Virus record (IMG/VR): IMGVR_UViG_3300044852_000015
Coordinates: 1-64,000 of that record
Length of the DNA stretch: 64,000 nucleotides
From: a virus
Lineage: Duplodnaviria > Caudoviricetes
Reading direction: 5' to 3' (one strand)
Positions 27,545 through 37,564 of this stretch are shown here, one piece after another. Position 1 is the first letter of the stretch. Each line of letters starts with the position of its first letter. The notes beneath the pieces are model-generated. The model was not told the origin of the DNA and did no database searches. It worked only from the letters and a program-made list of their open reading frames with translations. A program made the position numbers and the translations under genes.

Positions 27545-28795
27545 TTACAATTTACTCAGGTTATAGTGGATCAACAGTTTGCCCCGTAGGTTAGTACAGA
27601 ACTCCTCATTCAACTTCACAACCAAGATGTAACCGAAGTACACGTTGTATGCTTCCGGGTATCTGCGGTTGTAACCGTTGAACTCCACTGTCGCCCCGTA
27701 AAGGTTATTCAGTGACGGACGCTTCACGCACTTAAAGCGGTTCTCACCCACCGCATTTTCTTGGCGGTAAATCGTGTTCAAGAAGTCGACGTTGAGGCCG
27801 TCAGTCAAGAACTGGTAATCCGTTGGGAACTGAACAATCTGTGCCGGGAAGTTGTGACCATGAACCTGACCCAGACCTAACAGCTCAGCCGGTTGCTTGA
27901 ACACAATCGGGAACTCCGGAATGATCACCGGGATTCGTGAGTTGTAGTAGACGACGAGGGTCCCAGAAACATCCGTACAGTGGATCGGTGACAACTGGAT
28001 CACCAACACCTTAGTCGCTGCGCGGTTATACGGTACCGCACCGATGTCTTCCACATGACCATTAAACGTCACACGAGCACCGAACAGGTTCTTAGGTCCC
28101 GGTGTAGCGTTGTAGGTCCAAGTCTGTCCTACACCAACTGTAAGGTTAGCGTAGAGGGTATCCATGATGCTGGCGAGGTACGCACCGTCTTGTACCGCCC
28201 CTTTCTTGATCCCCTTCAGATAACTACCGTAGTAGATACCGTCGGTGAAAGGTTTACTGTAGGTCACGAAAGGACGCCCTTGGTTCAGCACTGGATTCAA
28301 CGAACCCAAATCAGTCACCTTGGCCAGTTCCTCCAAGTCTTCCCGAGGCATCAGGTTGACTACAAGTTCCCCAATCCACCGTAGAGAACGAGGAGTAGCA
28401 CGCAGCCGATAGCCGTGAGCATTGGCCACAGTAATGATTTCTTCATAGAAGTCGTCCGTATCAAACTGGTAGCCGTAAACATCCGTCAAGATGTCTAGGA
28501 ACGCTGAGGTGGTGGTTGGTAACGGTAAGGTCAAGTTGATCTTAACGCCGTCAAAGAACGTGGCTGCATCTAGCCGGTTGTATTTGAAGTTTGCCTCACC
28601 CACAAAAGGAACGGGGGAGAACGGGTCAAAGCTCTTACGTACCTTGAGTAAGACTTGGGTTTCACGACCAGAAACAACTGTAGGGTTCAAGATGGCAATG
28701 GTGTCATCTTGTAACTGTATAGTGTTCCGTGAGTTGATCAGTTCCAGCAAAGCCGCTCTAGGAGATAAGTTGAGCAAACCAATCGTGTCTAGCAC
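27545..28795 (-). CDS. Putative virion/baseplate protein with an internal domain duplication
   Basis: GTG at 28795 with RBS GGAG/GAGG. Two copies of NL.GA.V.FNG...C....G.L...YN. Confidence 0.65.
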   Translation of the reverse strand: MLDTIGLLNLSPRAALLELINSRNTIQLQDDTIAILNPTVVSGRETQVLLKVRKSFDPFSPVPFVGEANFKYNRLDAATFFDGVKINLTLPLPTTTSAFLDILTDVYGYQFDTDDFYEEIITVANAHGYRLRATPRSLRWIGELVVNLMPREDLEELAKVTDLGSLNPVLNQGRPFVTYSKPFTDGIYYGSYLKGIKKGAVQDGAYLASIMDTLYANLTVGVGQTWTYNATPGPKNLFGARVTFNGHVEDIGAVPYNRAATKVLVIQLSPIHCTDVSGTLVVYYNSRIPVIIPEFPIVFKQPAELLGLGQVHGHNFPAQIVQFPTDYQFLTDGLNVDFLNTIYRQENAVGENRFKCVKRPSLNNLYGATVEFNGYNRRYPEAYNVYFGYILVVKLNEEFCTNLRGKLLIHYNLSKL

Positions 28796-28875
28796 TATCC
28801 TCACTCCTTTTACACAAAAAAAGAAAAGCCCCCACACACCCCATGCTAAAGGATGTGTGGAGACCCTCCGGAGGT

Positions 28876-31662
28876 TTATTCAGGTTGTTTTAGCACCAAC
28901 CCATATTGACGTTTGATAACGACCATAGCTTCCAAGTTGTCGGCGTAAGTAAGCCCATCCAACTGCGGCAACAGTGCGATTACATCCGGCACCTCAGGGT
29001 AGTCCAGACCGTCCATCTCAGGGATCAAATTCAATCGACGTCTAGTGTCCATGTAATCGAACCCAAGGCCAACATCTTCGATCTCCAATTCAGGTAGGAG
29101 TGGTGGGTAATCCAACCCCGTCGCGATAGCAGCAATCACCAACGGCTGCTGTACCGGTTCGTACTCAAACCCAGACAGTGTAGCACTTACGTTCAACTCA
29201 CCCTCTGGTGGCGTGTAGTCGAACCCGTCCTGCTCCTCTACCAACTCAAGGTGAGGCGGAACAATCACATATGTAAACCCATCTAGTGTTTCAGACAGTA
29301 CCATTGCTGGAACAGGAGTCGGACTGTAGTCGAACCCATTAGGTTGAACCAAAGTCAAAGCTGTTTCATCAAAGACTGGGTAATCCAACCCGTTGACGGT
29401 GATCTCTTCCCACGGAATGTCCGGAGTTGGAGCGTAGTCAAAACCATCTAAGTGAGGAATTACCAGAGTCGTACGGATGTGTTTGTATTCACCAATGTTA
29501 CCCGGCGCCATCGACAGGTACAGATACTCAGGGATCGCTTGTTGATTGATGATGTCATCCAATTCCAAAGGCACAGCCTCAGGCATTGAGAAGTACACCG
29601 TCGGGATCGTCAGACGCATGGAGAACTTGGAATAGCCGTCAGCAGCGAAGTTAACCGTATGGTCCCACTTACCACTGTCACCGCGTTCACCAGCACTATT
29701 GGTCATCTCGAATGTAGCGTTATCGAGAGTCTCTTCGATCCGGTCAGAACCTTGACCATCAGCATTCTGCACGTAGATGTTAGCCTGATGCAGATGCATG
29801 TCCCCACTACCGTCACCGTCCTGATCGCCCAAACGAATGGCTGACCAATTCAACGACAGCATGTTAGTACCGCGCAGCTCACTCAAGAACTGCACCGAGT
29901 AACTGCTCAACTGGGTCATCAAGCGAATCATTGCAGCCTGAAGCTCTGCAAGGCTCACTGTGACGTGCAAGCTGGTTCCGGTGGTCAGTGACAAGAGACT
30001 GGTGTAGAGCAGCTCAAACTCCGCCTTAGAGAAGTTTGACACATCCAATTGATGTTCCCGCAACCATTGGTCGTAGGTAATCTGGGTGCCGTTATCGAGC
30101 TGACAGTTCTTGTTCTGATACAGGTGCAACGCAGCCGCTTCAGCTTGGCCGCGAGACTCGTAATGTTCCTGACTGGTGTAGATCCAGTTGTGCTCTTTCC
30201 AAGCCACGTGGATCTCTTTACACTTGTCGTAGAACGCTTCCACAGAAACCAAGTCATTCAAGACGGGTTGGTCTTTTAGTAGAGCATCCAGTACGGCATC
30301 AGGAACCCGTTCGACCTCAGTGATCTTACGTAGGTCTGCACGCGTGGGTAGGAACTGTTTACGAACCATGACTGCATCGGGATTCGGAACGTACACCAAG
30401 TCCTGCCCCAGTGCCCGGTTCAACGCATAGATAAACAGAATGAATGCGTCTTTAGCGTTGTACCACAACTGGTCGCCGGTCAGTGGGTTGTCAAACGAGA
30501 TAATCGTCTTGTACCAACCTTCCTGTGCAAAGTACAGCCAGTGGTTCAACAGCACGTCAGAGAACGTCAGTGCGTAATCGTTACTGCGATCGACTACCGA
30601 AGACTCAAGCATTTTCGTCTTGAGGCGGTTACTCGAACTGTTCGTCATCTTCTCAGTGACTTCAGCAATCGTCGCATCAATCTGATCGTAGTTACCCGGT
30701 GCAATCGGAGCCGCACGGTTCACGATCTCAGTAACGGAGAACGTGTCAATCGGGTTGCCACTCGCAAAGCGCGTGAGGTCGACTCGCTTAACTTCTACAG
30801 TCGGATACAAGTTGTCCGGTTGAGCACTTACGTTATGATGTAAATTGAACTCAGCCACCGGCAACATGCGGTGCGTCATGATTTTGTCGACCAACCACTT
30901 GAAGGTATCCTGTTTACCAGCATTGCGCTGGATGTACAGAATGTTCCTATAAAGGAAGAGCATCTGCTCTTTATCCAAGTGGGAGATATACGCATCCAGT
31001 CTCCCGTGACTGGCTAGGTATTGTCGGATGTGAAAGCTGTGCACTTGTTCCGTGTGGCAGTTAGTGAGCCGCGCGTCCTCAATGAACAGGGGCAGGTTCA
31101 AATACAGGATTGCTAAGTGAGCCGCTGGGTAGAGGTCGTCCACCATAACGAACTCAGCCACGTTGTACCGAAGCATGAATGCGTCGATACGATCTTGGAT
31201 CTGGCTAACCAGGGAGGTTTCATTCTCTTCGATCAAGAACTGGTCGATGTAGAGGATCTTACCATCTGGGGCTGCAATCGCTGTAGCAAGGTCCACAGGA
31301 TTTAAGATACCGTGAATCAGATCTCTCTGAGTCGGGTATCGTGCAACCAATTGATCATAGAAACGTGTACCGAAAGCGTAGTCCCGCAAAGTTCTGCGAT
31401 GTACTGAAAGCGTTTGGACATCGAAGGAGATCTCTTCACGAGTATCCAACGACGTCACTGTCATCGGTGTGTCAGTCGAGTGATAGCGACCCGATAGGTT
31501 GAGGTAGTACTTCCAGGTGGTTGGATCGTCCTCATCGACGTCCAGTCCCCGGTCGTTCAACCCAACGTTCATCGCGCTAGCAGTCGCTTCACTCTTGATG
31601 ACAATCGTTTTCGCCATGGTTAACATGGAGTCAACGTAGAGTCTGTAGTAAGCGTTGGACAC
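28876..31662 (-). CDS. Large virion (baseplate-region) protein with C-terminal G[FL]xY repeats
   Basis: GTG at 31662 with RBS GGAGG. Contains the WKYYLNLSG.YH motif and about 11 C-terminal repeats. Divergent from the putative portal, as recalled for phiKZ gp128/gp129. Confidence 0.7.
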   Translation of the reverse strand: MSNAYYRLYVDSMLTMAKTIVIKSEATASAMNVGLNDRGLDVDEDDPTTWKYYLNLSGRYHSTDTPMTVTSLDTREEISFDVQTLSVHRRTLRDYAFGTRFYDQLVARYPTQRDLIHGILNPVDLATAIAAPDGKILYIDQFLIEENETSLVSQIQDRIDAFMLRYNVAEFVMVDDLYPAAHLAILYLNLPLFIEDARLTNCHTEQVHSFHIRQYLASHGRLDAYISHLDKEQMLFLYRNILYIQRNAGKQDTFKWLVDKIMTHRMLPVAEFNLHHNVSAQPDNLYPTVEVKRVDLTRFASGNPIDTFSVTEIVNRAAPIAPGNYDQIDATIAEVTEKMTNSSSNRLKTKMLESSVVDRSNDYALTFSDVLLNHWLYFAQEGWYKTIISFDNPLTGDQLWYNAKDAFILFIYALNRALGQDLVYVPNPDAVMVRKQFLPTRADLRKITEVERVPDAVLDALLKDQPVLNDLVSVEAFYDKCKEIHVAWKEHNWIYTSQEHYESRGQAEAAALHLYQNKNCQLDNGTQITYDQWLREHQLDVSNFSKAEFELLYTSLLSLTTGTSLHVTVSLAELQAAMIRLMTQLSSYSVQFLSELRGTNMLSLNWSAIRLGDQDGDGSGDMHLHQANIYVQNADGQGSDRIEETLDNATFEMTNSAGERGDSGKWDHTVNFAADGYSKFSMRLTIPTVYFSMPEAVPLELDDIINQQAIPEYLYLSMAPGNIGEYKHIRTTLVIPHLDGFDYAPTPDIPWEEITVNGLDYPVFDETALTLVQPNGFDYSPTPVPAMVLSETLDGFTYVIVPPHLELVEEQDGFDYTPPEGELNVSATLSGFEYEPVQQPLVIAAIATGLDYPPLLPELEIEDVGLGFDYMDTRRRLNLIPEMDGLDYPEVPDVIALLPQLDGLTYADNLEAMVVIKRQYGLVLKQPE

Positions 31663-31708
31663 GTCTAGGTCCTCCAATCAACTTTTAAAGCGTCACTGGG
31701 AGTAATAA

Positions 31709-34642
31709 ATGTCTGGTGCAGATTACGACAATAACCAGCTTCAGATGCTGGGGCTGGATACTCAAAAGCGGCGTTTTGAGAAACTTGGGTTGCTCAAGAA
31801 GAAACCCTTGGCCACCGCTGTTGTTAGCAAACTAGTAAGGAACAACGAGTCACTGGGGAACAGCAACTCCGTCAGCCCCTCACGAGGCGTCGACATCCCC
31901 ACAACAGGTTATCTGAACAAAGTCTCGGACATTACCGCTGGTAACGTAACCGATGCAGAAAACCTTTACCAGATGCTCCCAGATACCGAACTGGCAGAAC
32001 AGATTCTGGTCAGTAGTATCCTCTCGCCAAAAGACATGGTTACGACGGAGTTGAACTACGTCTGTAATGAGTCTTCCTTGAAGGGGGAGATCACAGGTGT
32101 ACTCCTCAGTGTCATCGAAGAATTTTTCACCAAAGTCTATAAAATAGATCCCCAACTGCCGGGTATTTTGTCAGACGTCCTTTTCAAGAAGGGCTCCTAC
32201 CCGGTTATGATCATTCCAGAGTCATCTGTGGATGAAATCATCAACGGGGAACGTAACAACGTAGGTATGGAAGGACGCGTAGATACCCAGAGCTTGTTCA
32301 CCCATTCCATCGGTGTTTTGGGCGACTCTACCTTCGAAGACGGCAAGCCCGTACCGAAGAACCGCGTCAAAGTGTCCATGGAAGACATGAACCAGTACTA
32401 CACCCAGAACTTCCGTATGTTGCGCCCACGGCTGTCGAAGAAAGGGTTTGACACCAAGATCTCGGTCTCGGACAACCCGGATCTGTTGAAGGCCCCGTTT
32501 GTTCACGAACTACAACGTCGTAAGCATCTGGCAGCAACCTTCAAGCGTCAAGGCTTTGGTATGGAGTCCAACAATGAGGTGTCACGCGATGACATCGAAA
32601 TGTCGTTCTACCGCCCACGCCTACAAGCTGCTCGTCCGGTTGTCGGTGTGAAAACCGCTGCTCAGGTTAAGCGTGCTACTGTGGGTCACCCACTAGTCAT
32701 GCGTCTGCCGTCTGAGTCGATCATCCCAGTACACGTACCGGGTAGTCCAGACGAGCACATCGGTTACTTCGTGATCCTCGATCCCCAAGGCAACCCAGTG
32801 GTGAAAGCCAACCGGTCTGAGTACTACAACGACCTGAACATGAACATGTCTATTAACAAGGACATGGCCAGTCAGTTGATCTCCCAAGGTCAGCGTACGG
32901 TTGAAGGCTACCAACAACGTTCGGACATCGACACCGAAGAAGCCACACGGATCTACGCCCAGCTCGTAGAGGAAGACCTGATCGCTCGTCTGCGAAACGG
33001 TATCTACGCCGACAACATCGAGATCTCTCGTCCGTTGGAAGTGTACCGCATCATGCTGGCGCGCACCTTTGCAAACATGACCACTCAGTTGCTGTTCGTT
33101 CCGGCTGAGCTGGTGACGTACTTCGCTTTCGACTACAACCGCTACGGCGTGGGTAAGTCTCTGCTCGAAGACAACAAGATCTTGGCTTCGCTGCGTGTAA
33201 TGATGATGCTGTCGAACACCATGTCGGCCATCAAGAACTCTACCCCTCACACGGGCTTGAACATTACACTCGACCCTACTGATCCAGATCCATCGGGGAC
33301 TGTAGAGAAGCTCGTTCACAACTACACTCAGACACGTCAGGCGTCGTACCCACTGGGTGCGTCTTCACCGGTAGACATTGTTAACTTCCTGCAAAACGCA
33401 GGCGTTGACTTGAACGTCCAAGGTTCTCCTGCGTACCCTGAGACTCGGATGGAAGTTGAAGACCGTCAACGTTCAGTAGCTGCACCGAACACTGACCTCG
33501 AAGACAACCTGAAGAAGCAGTTCCTGATGTCCTTGGGCTTGTCCCCAGAGACAGTGGATAACGGTTACAACGTTGAGTTCGCCACGTCGATCGTAACCAG
33601 TAACTTGTTGTTGACCAAACGAGTGATGCTCTACCAAGATCTGTTCACCTCCCTGTTGGGTGAATTCATCCGTAAGTACGTGTTGAACTCCGGTAACTTG
33701 ATGGACAAGCTCCGCAAGACCGTGGAAGCCAACAAGAACATGCTGCAAGAAGTTGACCCTACTAAGCAGAAAGCGCAATTGGCGGAAGGTGGGCAGAAGC
33801 CTACTGAAGATACAGAAGCCGAAAGTGAGAAAGATGCGGCTGTAGACGTTGACGCTATTGTGGCAGAGTTCATCAACTCCTTGACCGTAACCCTCCCACG
33901 TCCAGACAGCATTACTCTGGAGCGTCAGATGGAAGCCTACGACAAGTACATCGAAGGTCTGGAGAAGTGCCTTGAGGCTTACTTCAACAGTGACTTCCTT
34001 GACGGTACTTCGTTGGGCGATCAGTCTGATTCTGTGGACGTTGTGAAAGCGGCTATCTTGGCGCACTTCAAACGTAAGTGGCTGCGTGATAACAACGTCA
34101 TGCCTGAGCTGGCTGATCTGGTGACCTTCACTGAAGACAAACACCCGATGATCGACTTGCTCACCACCCACACCGAACACGTTGATGCTATCGGCGCCAG
34201 CATCCAAGGCTACATGATCAAAGTTGCGGAGACACAAAAGAAACGCAACGAATTGACTGAAGCTGTGGAGAAGGACAAAGACATCGAAGTCGGCGGTGGT
34301 GATAGCGGTGGCATGGACGACAGCGGTGGGGATGACATGGGAGGTGACGACGACGGAATGGGTGGAGACGATGATGATCTCGGTGGCGATGACGATCTAG
34401 GGGATATGGGTGACGACGAAGGGGGAGGTGATGATACCGACGCTGGAGACGACACTGATAGCACCGAAGAGGAAGAAGGGGGAGCCGACGACGAGGCAGA
34501 CGCCGAAGAGGAAGAACCTGAACCGGATGCTGAAGAGGAGGAAGTGAGTGAGGAAGCCGACTTGGGTCAATCCAATGGCGGTGGCGGTGCACTGGCTGAC
34601 TTCTTGGAACGCAGTAAGCGTGTCCGGAAAGATAACCACTAA
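31709..34642 (+). CDS. Probable portal protein (phiKZ gp129-like) with an acidic tail
   Basis: 977 aa with [GS]-M-E sites and a D/E/G-rich C-terminus. Lies near the nvRNAP beta and capsid genes. The assignment is by recalled synteny. Confidence 0.6.
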   Translation: MSGADYDNNQLQMLGLDTQKRRFEKLGLLKKKPLATAVVSKLVRNNESLGNSNSVSPSRGVDIPTTGYLNKVSDITAGNVTDAENLYQMLPDTELAEQILVSSILSPKDMVTTELNYVCNESSLKGEITGVLLSVIEEFFTKVYKIDPQLPGILSDVLFKKGSYPVMIIPESSVDEIINGERNNVGMEGRVDTQSLFTHSIGVLGDSTFEDGKPVPKNRVKVSMEDMNQYYTQNFRMLRPRLSKKGFDTKISVSDNPDLLKAPFVHELQRRKHLAATFKRQGFGMESNNEVSRDDIEMSFYRPRLQAARPVVGVKTAAQVKRATVGHPLVMRLPSESIIPVHVPGSPDEHIGYFVILDPQGNPVVKANRSEYYNDLNMNMSINKDMASQLISQGQRTVEGYQQRSDIDTEEATRIYAQLVEEDLIARLRNGIYADNIEISRPLEVYRIMLARTFANMTTQLLFVPAELVTYFAFDYNRYGVGKSLLEDNKILASLRVMMMLSNTMSAIKNSTPHTGLNITLDPTDPDPSGTVEKLVHNYTQTRQASYPLGASSPVDIVNFLQNAGVDLNVQGSPAYPETRMEVEDRQRSVAAPNTDLEDNLKKQFLMSLGLSPETVDNGYNVEFATSIVTSNLLLTKRVMLYQDLFTSLLGEFIRKYVLNSGNLMDKLRKTVEANKNMLQEVDPTKQKAQLAEGGQKPTEDTEAESEKDAAVDVDAIVAEFINSLTVTLPRPDSITLERQMEAYDKYIEGLEKCLEAYFNSDFLDGTSLGDQSDSVDVVKAAILAHFKRKWLRDNNVMPELADLVTFTEDKHPMIDLLTTHTEHVDAIGASIQGYMIKVAETQKKRNELTEAVEKDKDIEVGGGDSGGMDDSGGDDMGGDDDGMGGDDDDLGGDDDLGDMGDDEGGGDDTDAGDDTDSTEEEEGGADDEADAEEEEPEPDAEEEEVSEEADLGQSNGGGGALADFLERSKRVRKDNH

Positions 34643-34644
34643 GA

Positions 34645-34699
34645 CGGCATAAAAGCCAAAAAAAAAAGAGAGGTGTAAAAGCCTCTCTTTTTTATGCCG
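34645..34699. terminator. Bidirectional terminator with CGGCATAA/TTATGCCG flanks
   Basis: A-tract, AGAGAGG...CCTCTCT hairpin and T-tract between convergent genes. Confidence 0.8.
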
Positions 34700-35128
34700 T
34701 CAAACAGCTTGGAGGTATCCTCGACGACCTACTGCACTGGCAGCACGATAGTACGGGGCACCACCATTGAATTGTAAGACGATGTTGTCATTCATCATGT
34801 AACCATCAGCCAAAGAACATTCAGTAGTGTAGATAATGTCCCCCGTTACTTGTGTAGCCATCTTGCGCTCAGGGTCTTTGACATCCAAACAGATCACCCA
34901 GAGGTCATCGGTGTGGTGTACTTCGTCATTGATCTGGATCAAATAACCATGAGGGTAGTTGGCCACTTCGGTGCCGTCAGGGTTTTTGTGGCACATGGCA
35001 CTACAGATGGCAGCACCACTAAACTCCTTGTCCTTACAAAACTTTACCATTAAGAGGTGTTCGAGCAACTCTTCTTTGGTGGTGTGATCAAACGGGGTGT
35101 CTTTATACAGCAGTACGGTTAGTGACAT
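34700..35128 (-). CDS. Hypothetical protein
   Basis: 142-aa ORF with RBS AAGG. Confidence 0.6.
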   Translation of the reverse strand: MSLTVLLYKDTPFDHTTKEELLEHLLMVKFCKDKEFSGAAICSAMCHKNPDGTEVANYPHGYLIQINDEVHHTDDLWVICLDVKDPERKMATQVTGDIIYTTECSLADGYMMNDNIVLQFNGGAPYYRAASAVGRRGYLQAV

Positions 35129-35165
35129 GGTGACCTTCTAAGGCTTCAGGGTTATTGGATCGGGT

Positions 35166-35197
35166 CATAGCAGGGAGCCGAAGCCCCCTGCTAGTTT
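35166..35197 (-). terminator. Hairpin terminator
   Basis: TAGCAGGG...CCCTGCTA with a TTCG loop on the minus strand, followed by TATGAC. Confidence 0.6.
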
Positions 35198-35200
35198 TAC

Positions 35201-37441
35201 TTACACCGAGGCAGCACGCACCAGCACGGAATTCGAACCTAGGTAACCGGGCAGGATTTCCATTACACGACCTTGCACGTCAACAACGTAGTGGTGAGAG
35301 AACTTGGTAGGTTTCTTCCCAGTACGAGTCAACAAAGCGATCATGGCTTTGTGTACCGCAGCGTTTTCAGTGGCTTTCAGAACTTGCGCTTCTTTACCAG
35401 CGTAGAGTTCCAGCGACCAAGGCAGGTGAGTGACCGAGTTCAGCTCATAACGAGCCAGCACTTGCATCACGTCTGCTTTGTGTTCCTTGTTGAGGTTCTT
35501 GCCCAGCTTGTCCAGGTACTCCCAGTATTCCTCACCTTTGAGGATGTTGGTTACAGAGTTGAGGATGTCTGCCGCACGCTCTGTGTTCAACAGAGACCAC
35601 AACAGGCCCATTGCATCGTTGTGTAGCTCGTTACCCAGATCGTCGATGTCCAACACGAAGTCGGTAATCACGCACTGGTTACCATAACCCAGGTTCACGC
35701 TCAGGGCTTGGTTGGTACGTTCGGTCAGCGCTTGGTTGAGGATGTTGTACAGACGAGGGGTGATCTCGTCGTTCTCTTGGTGTTCACGCAGGAACTTGGC
35801 AGCAGCGCTCAGCGTTTGTTTCTTGCTCAGCTCTACCATCACACCGATCATGTTGCCATCAACGTTGACTGGCTTCATGTCACGGTAGTAGTACTCACGC
35901 ACCTTGCCGTCGAAGTGCTCAGACCCAACCGCAATAACTTCATTGAGGTATTTGATCTCAGCTTCATCGAACGAGTGCGCCCCCAACTCGACCGGAATGA
36001 TCTTCACTTCTGGGTTCTCCACAGGGATACTTTCCCCATCGTCCGCCAAAACTACTTGAGGAGCATCCAGAGTAGCCACTTCTTCCCAGTCTACTGGCAT
36101 GACTTTCTTGGATGGGTCCAGGACGTACGGGGTACGCGATTTGATTTCGTGTTGCAGGTATTCCATTTTCTCAGCTTCCTGAGGCGCGATTGCCTTGACA
36201 ACTTCTTTAACCACACCGTCCGGGGTACGAACGTGGAACTTCATGTGGGTGTTCGGATCGAAGGCCATATCCCATGGCTGCTCGATAGTCCAGGTACGTT
36301 TCCACGGGCTGTTGTGCGCAGGACGGATTTCAACACCGCTGTCCAGTTGCACCAGATCGTAAGGACGGTCTTCATCAATCGTGTCGTGGTTGGTTACCCC
36401 GTTAGGGCTTTGCGTAGCCACAGGAGCTTGTACGGGCTCCACGTAAGGTTCAGGAACAGGCTTCTGCTGTTGGCGTTGTACGCTTTCGGCGAAGGCCTTC
36501 TGTTGAGCATTCTCAATGGGTTGCATAGCTGGAGTCCCCATGTCCTGGAACATTTCTTCAACAACACCGGCTGGGTTGCTAGGCGCAGCAGCACGCTTAG
36601 GCCAGTCGGAACTGCTACGACCACCCCACTGATTACTGAAAGTATCAGCAGTCGGTGTTGGGGCTGCTTGTGGAGCTGGTGTAGGGGCTGGGAGGGCCGG
36701 AGCAGCGCTCAGACCACCACGACCTTGGTAACCACCCGCATTTGGGTTGAACGTGCTTGCAGCAGGCGCTGCGTTGACTGCACCACCAGCGAAGCGACCC
36801 CAGTTGATGTTGGGGTTTGCTGCTGGAGCTGGAGCACGGTTCTGACCCCACTGACCTTGTTGCTGCTGAGGCCAGGTGCTTTGCTGTTGCTGTGGTTGCG
36901 AGAACTGGTTCTGTTGGAAACTAGGGAAGCCTTGTTGTGGCTGTGGAGCGAAGTTCTGCTGAGACTGCTGCTGACACTGCGCAATCAACTGACCGATCTG
37001 CTGGTGACGCTGCATCAGACGGTTGATCTCAACGTCAATACCCTGACCCATCATCTGTTTCAGAGCGGGATATTGATTTGCCATCATTGCGGTGGCACAA
37101 GAAACGACTTCGTTTGCCGCGTTGAGTACGAGTTGCTCCTGAGAGTTCCCCTGAGTCGTTACTGCGAAAGCTTCTGCCAGTGCAGTAGCCGAAGCCACTA
37201 GCATCTGGTACAGCTCGTTCTGATAGCTATTAGCAGAGGCCATGTTGAACAGAAAGATCCGCAGCGGGTTCTTGAAAGCATTGTCCTGCAACATCTTGAT
37301 CACGTAACCGTTGACGATGTCAGGGAACGCGTTCTTGAAAGGAACCTGATACGGAGCACCGGAGCAGTAGAACTGTTGGTTAACATCGGTTGCCGAAACT
37401 GGCAGTTGATTCACGTTGGGCTGGTTAAAGGTGGAAAACAT
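35201..37441 (-). CDS. Hypothetical protein with a Q/P/A/G-rich low-complexity region
   Basis: Start moved to MFSTFNQ (RBS GGAG). Lies downstream of the nvRNAP beta gene. Confidence 0.75.
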   Translation of the reverse strand: MFSTFNQPNVNQLPVSATDVNQQFYCSGAPYQVPFKNAFPDIVNGYVIKMLQDNAFKNPLRIFLFNMASANSYQNELYQMLVASATALAEAFAVTTQGNSQEQLVLNAANEVVSCATAMMANQYPALKQMMGQGIDVEINRLMQRHQQIGQLIAQCQQQSQQNFAPQPQQGFPSFQQNQFSQPQQQQSTWPQQQQGQWGQNRAPAPAANPNINWGRFAGGAVNAAPAASTFNPNAGGYQGRGGLSAAPALPAPTPAPQAAPTPTADTFSNQWGGRSSSDWPKRAAAPSNPAGVVEEMFQDMGTPAMQPIENAQQKAFAESVQRQQQKPVPEPYVEPVQAPVATQSPNGVTNHDTIDEDRPYDLVQLDSGVEIRPAHNSPWKRTWTIEQPWDMAFDPNTHMKFHVRTPDGVVKEVVKAIAPQEAEKMEYLQHEIKSRTPYVLDPSKKVMPVDWEEVATLDAPQVVLADDGESIPVENPEVKIIPVELGAHSFDEAEIKYLNEVIAVGSEHFDGKVREYYYRDMKPVNVDGNMIGVMVELSKKQTLSAAAKFLREHQENDEITPRLYNILNQALTERTNQALSVNLGYGNQCVITDFVLDIDDLGNELHNDAMGLLWSLLNTERAADILNSVTNILKGEEYWEYLDKLGKNLNKEHKADVMQVLARYELNSVTHLPWSLELYAGKEAQVLKATENAAVHKAMIALLTRTGKKPTKFSHHYVVDVQGRVMEILPGYLGSNSVLVRAASV

Positions 37442-37564
37442 CTTGTTGCTCCGTTTACTTAGACTGACCGAGGGGATTGATGTGACCATACTCTGCTACT
37501 GTTGATTTGGGCTTTACAGTGCAGCTCTCTACTTCCTCAAGTGCGAGACTCATGGTCACACTCC

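Noticed and set aside
35708-37201. 497-aa + strand ORF
   Set aside because: Antisense to the Q/P-rich gene, with the V/L/H-rich composition typical of shadow frames.
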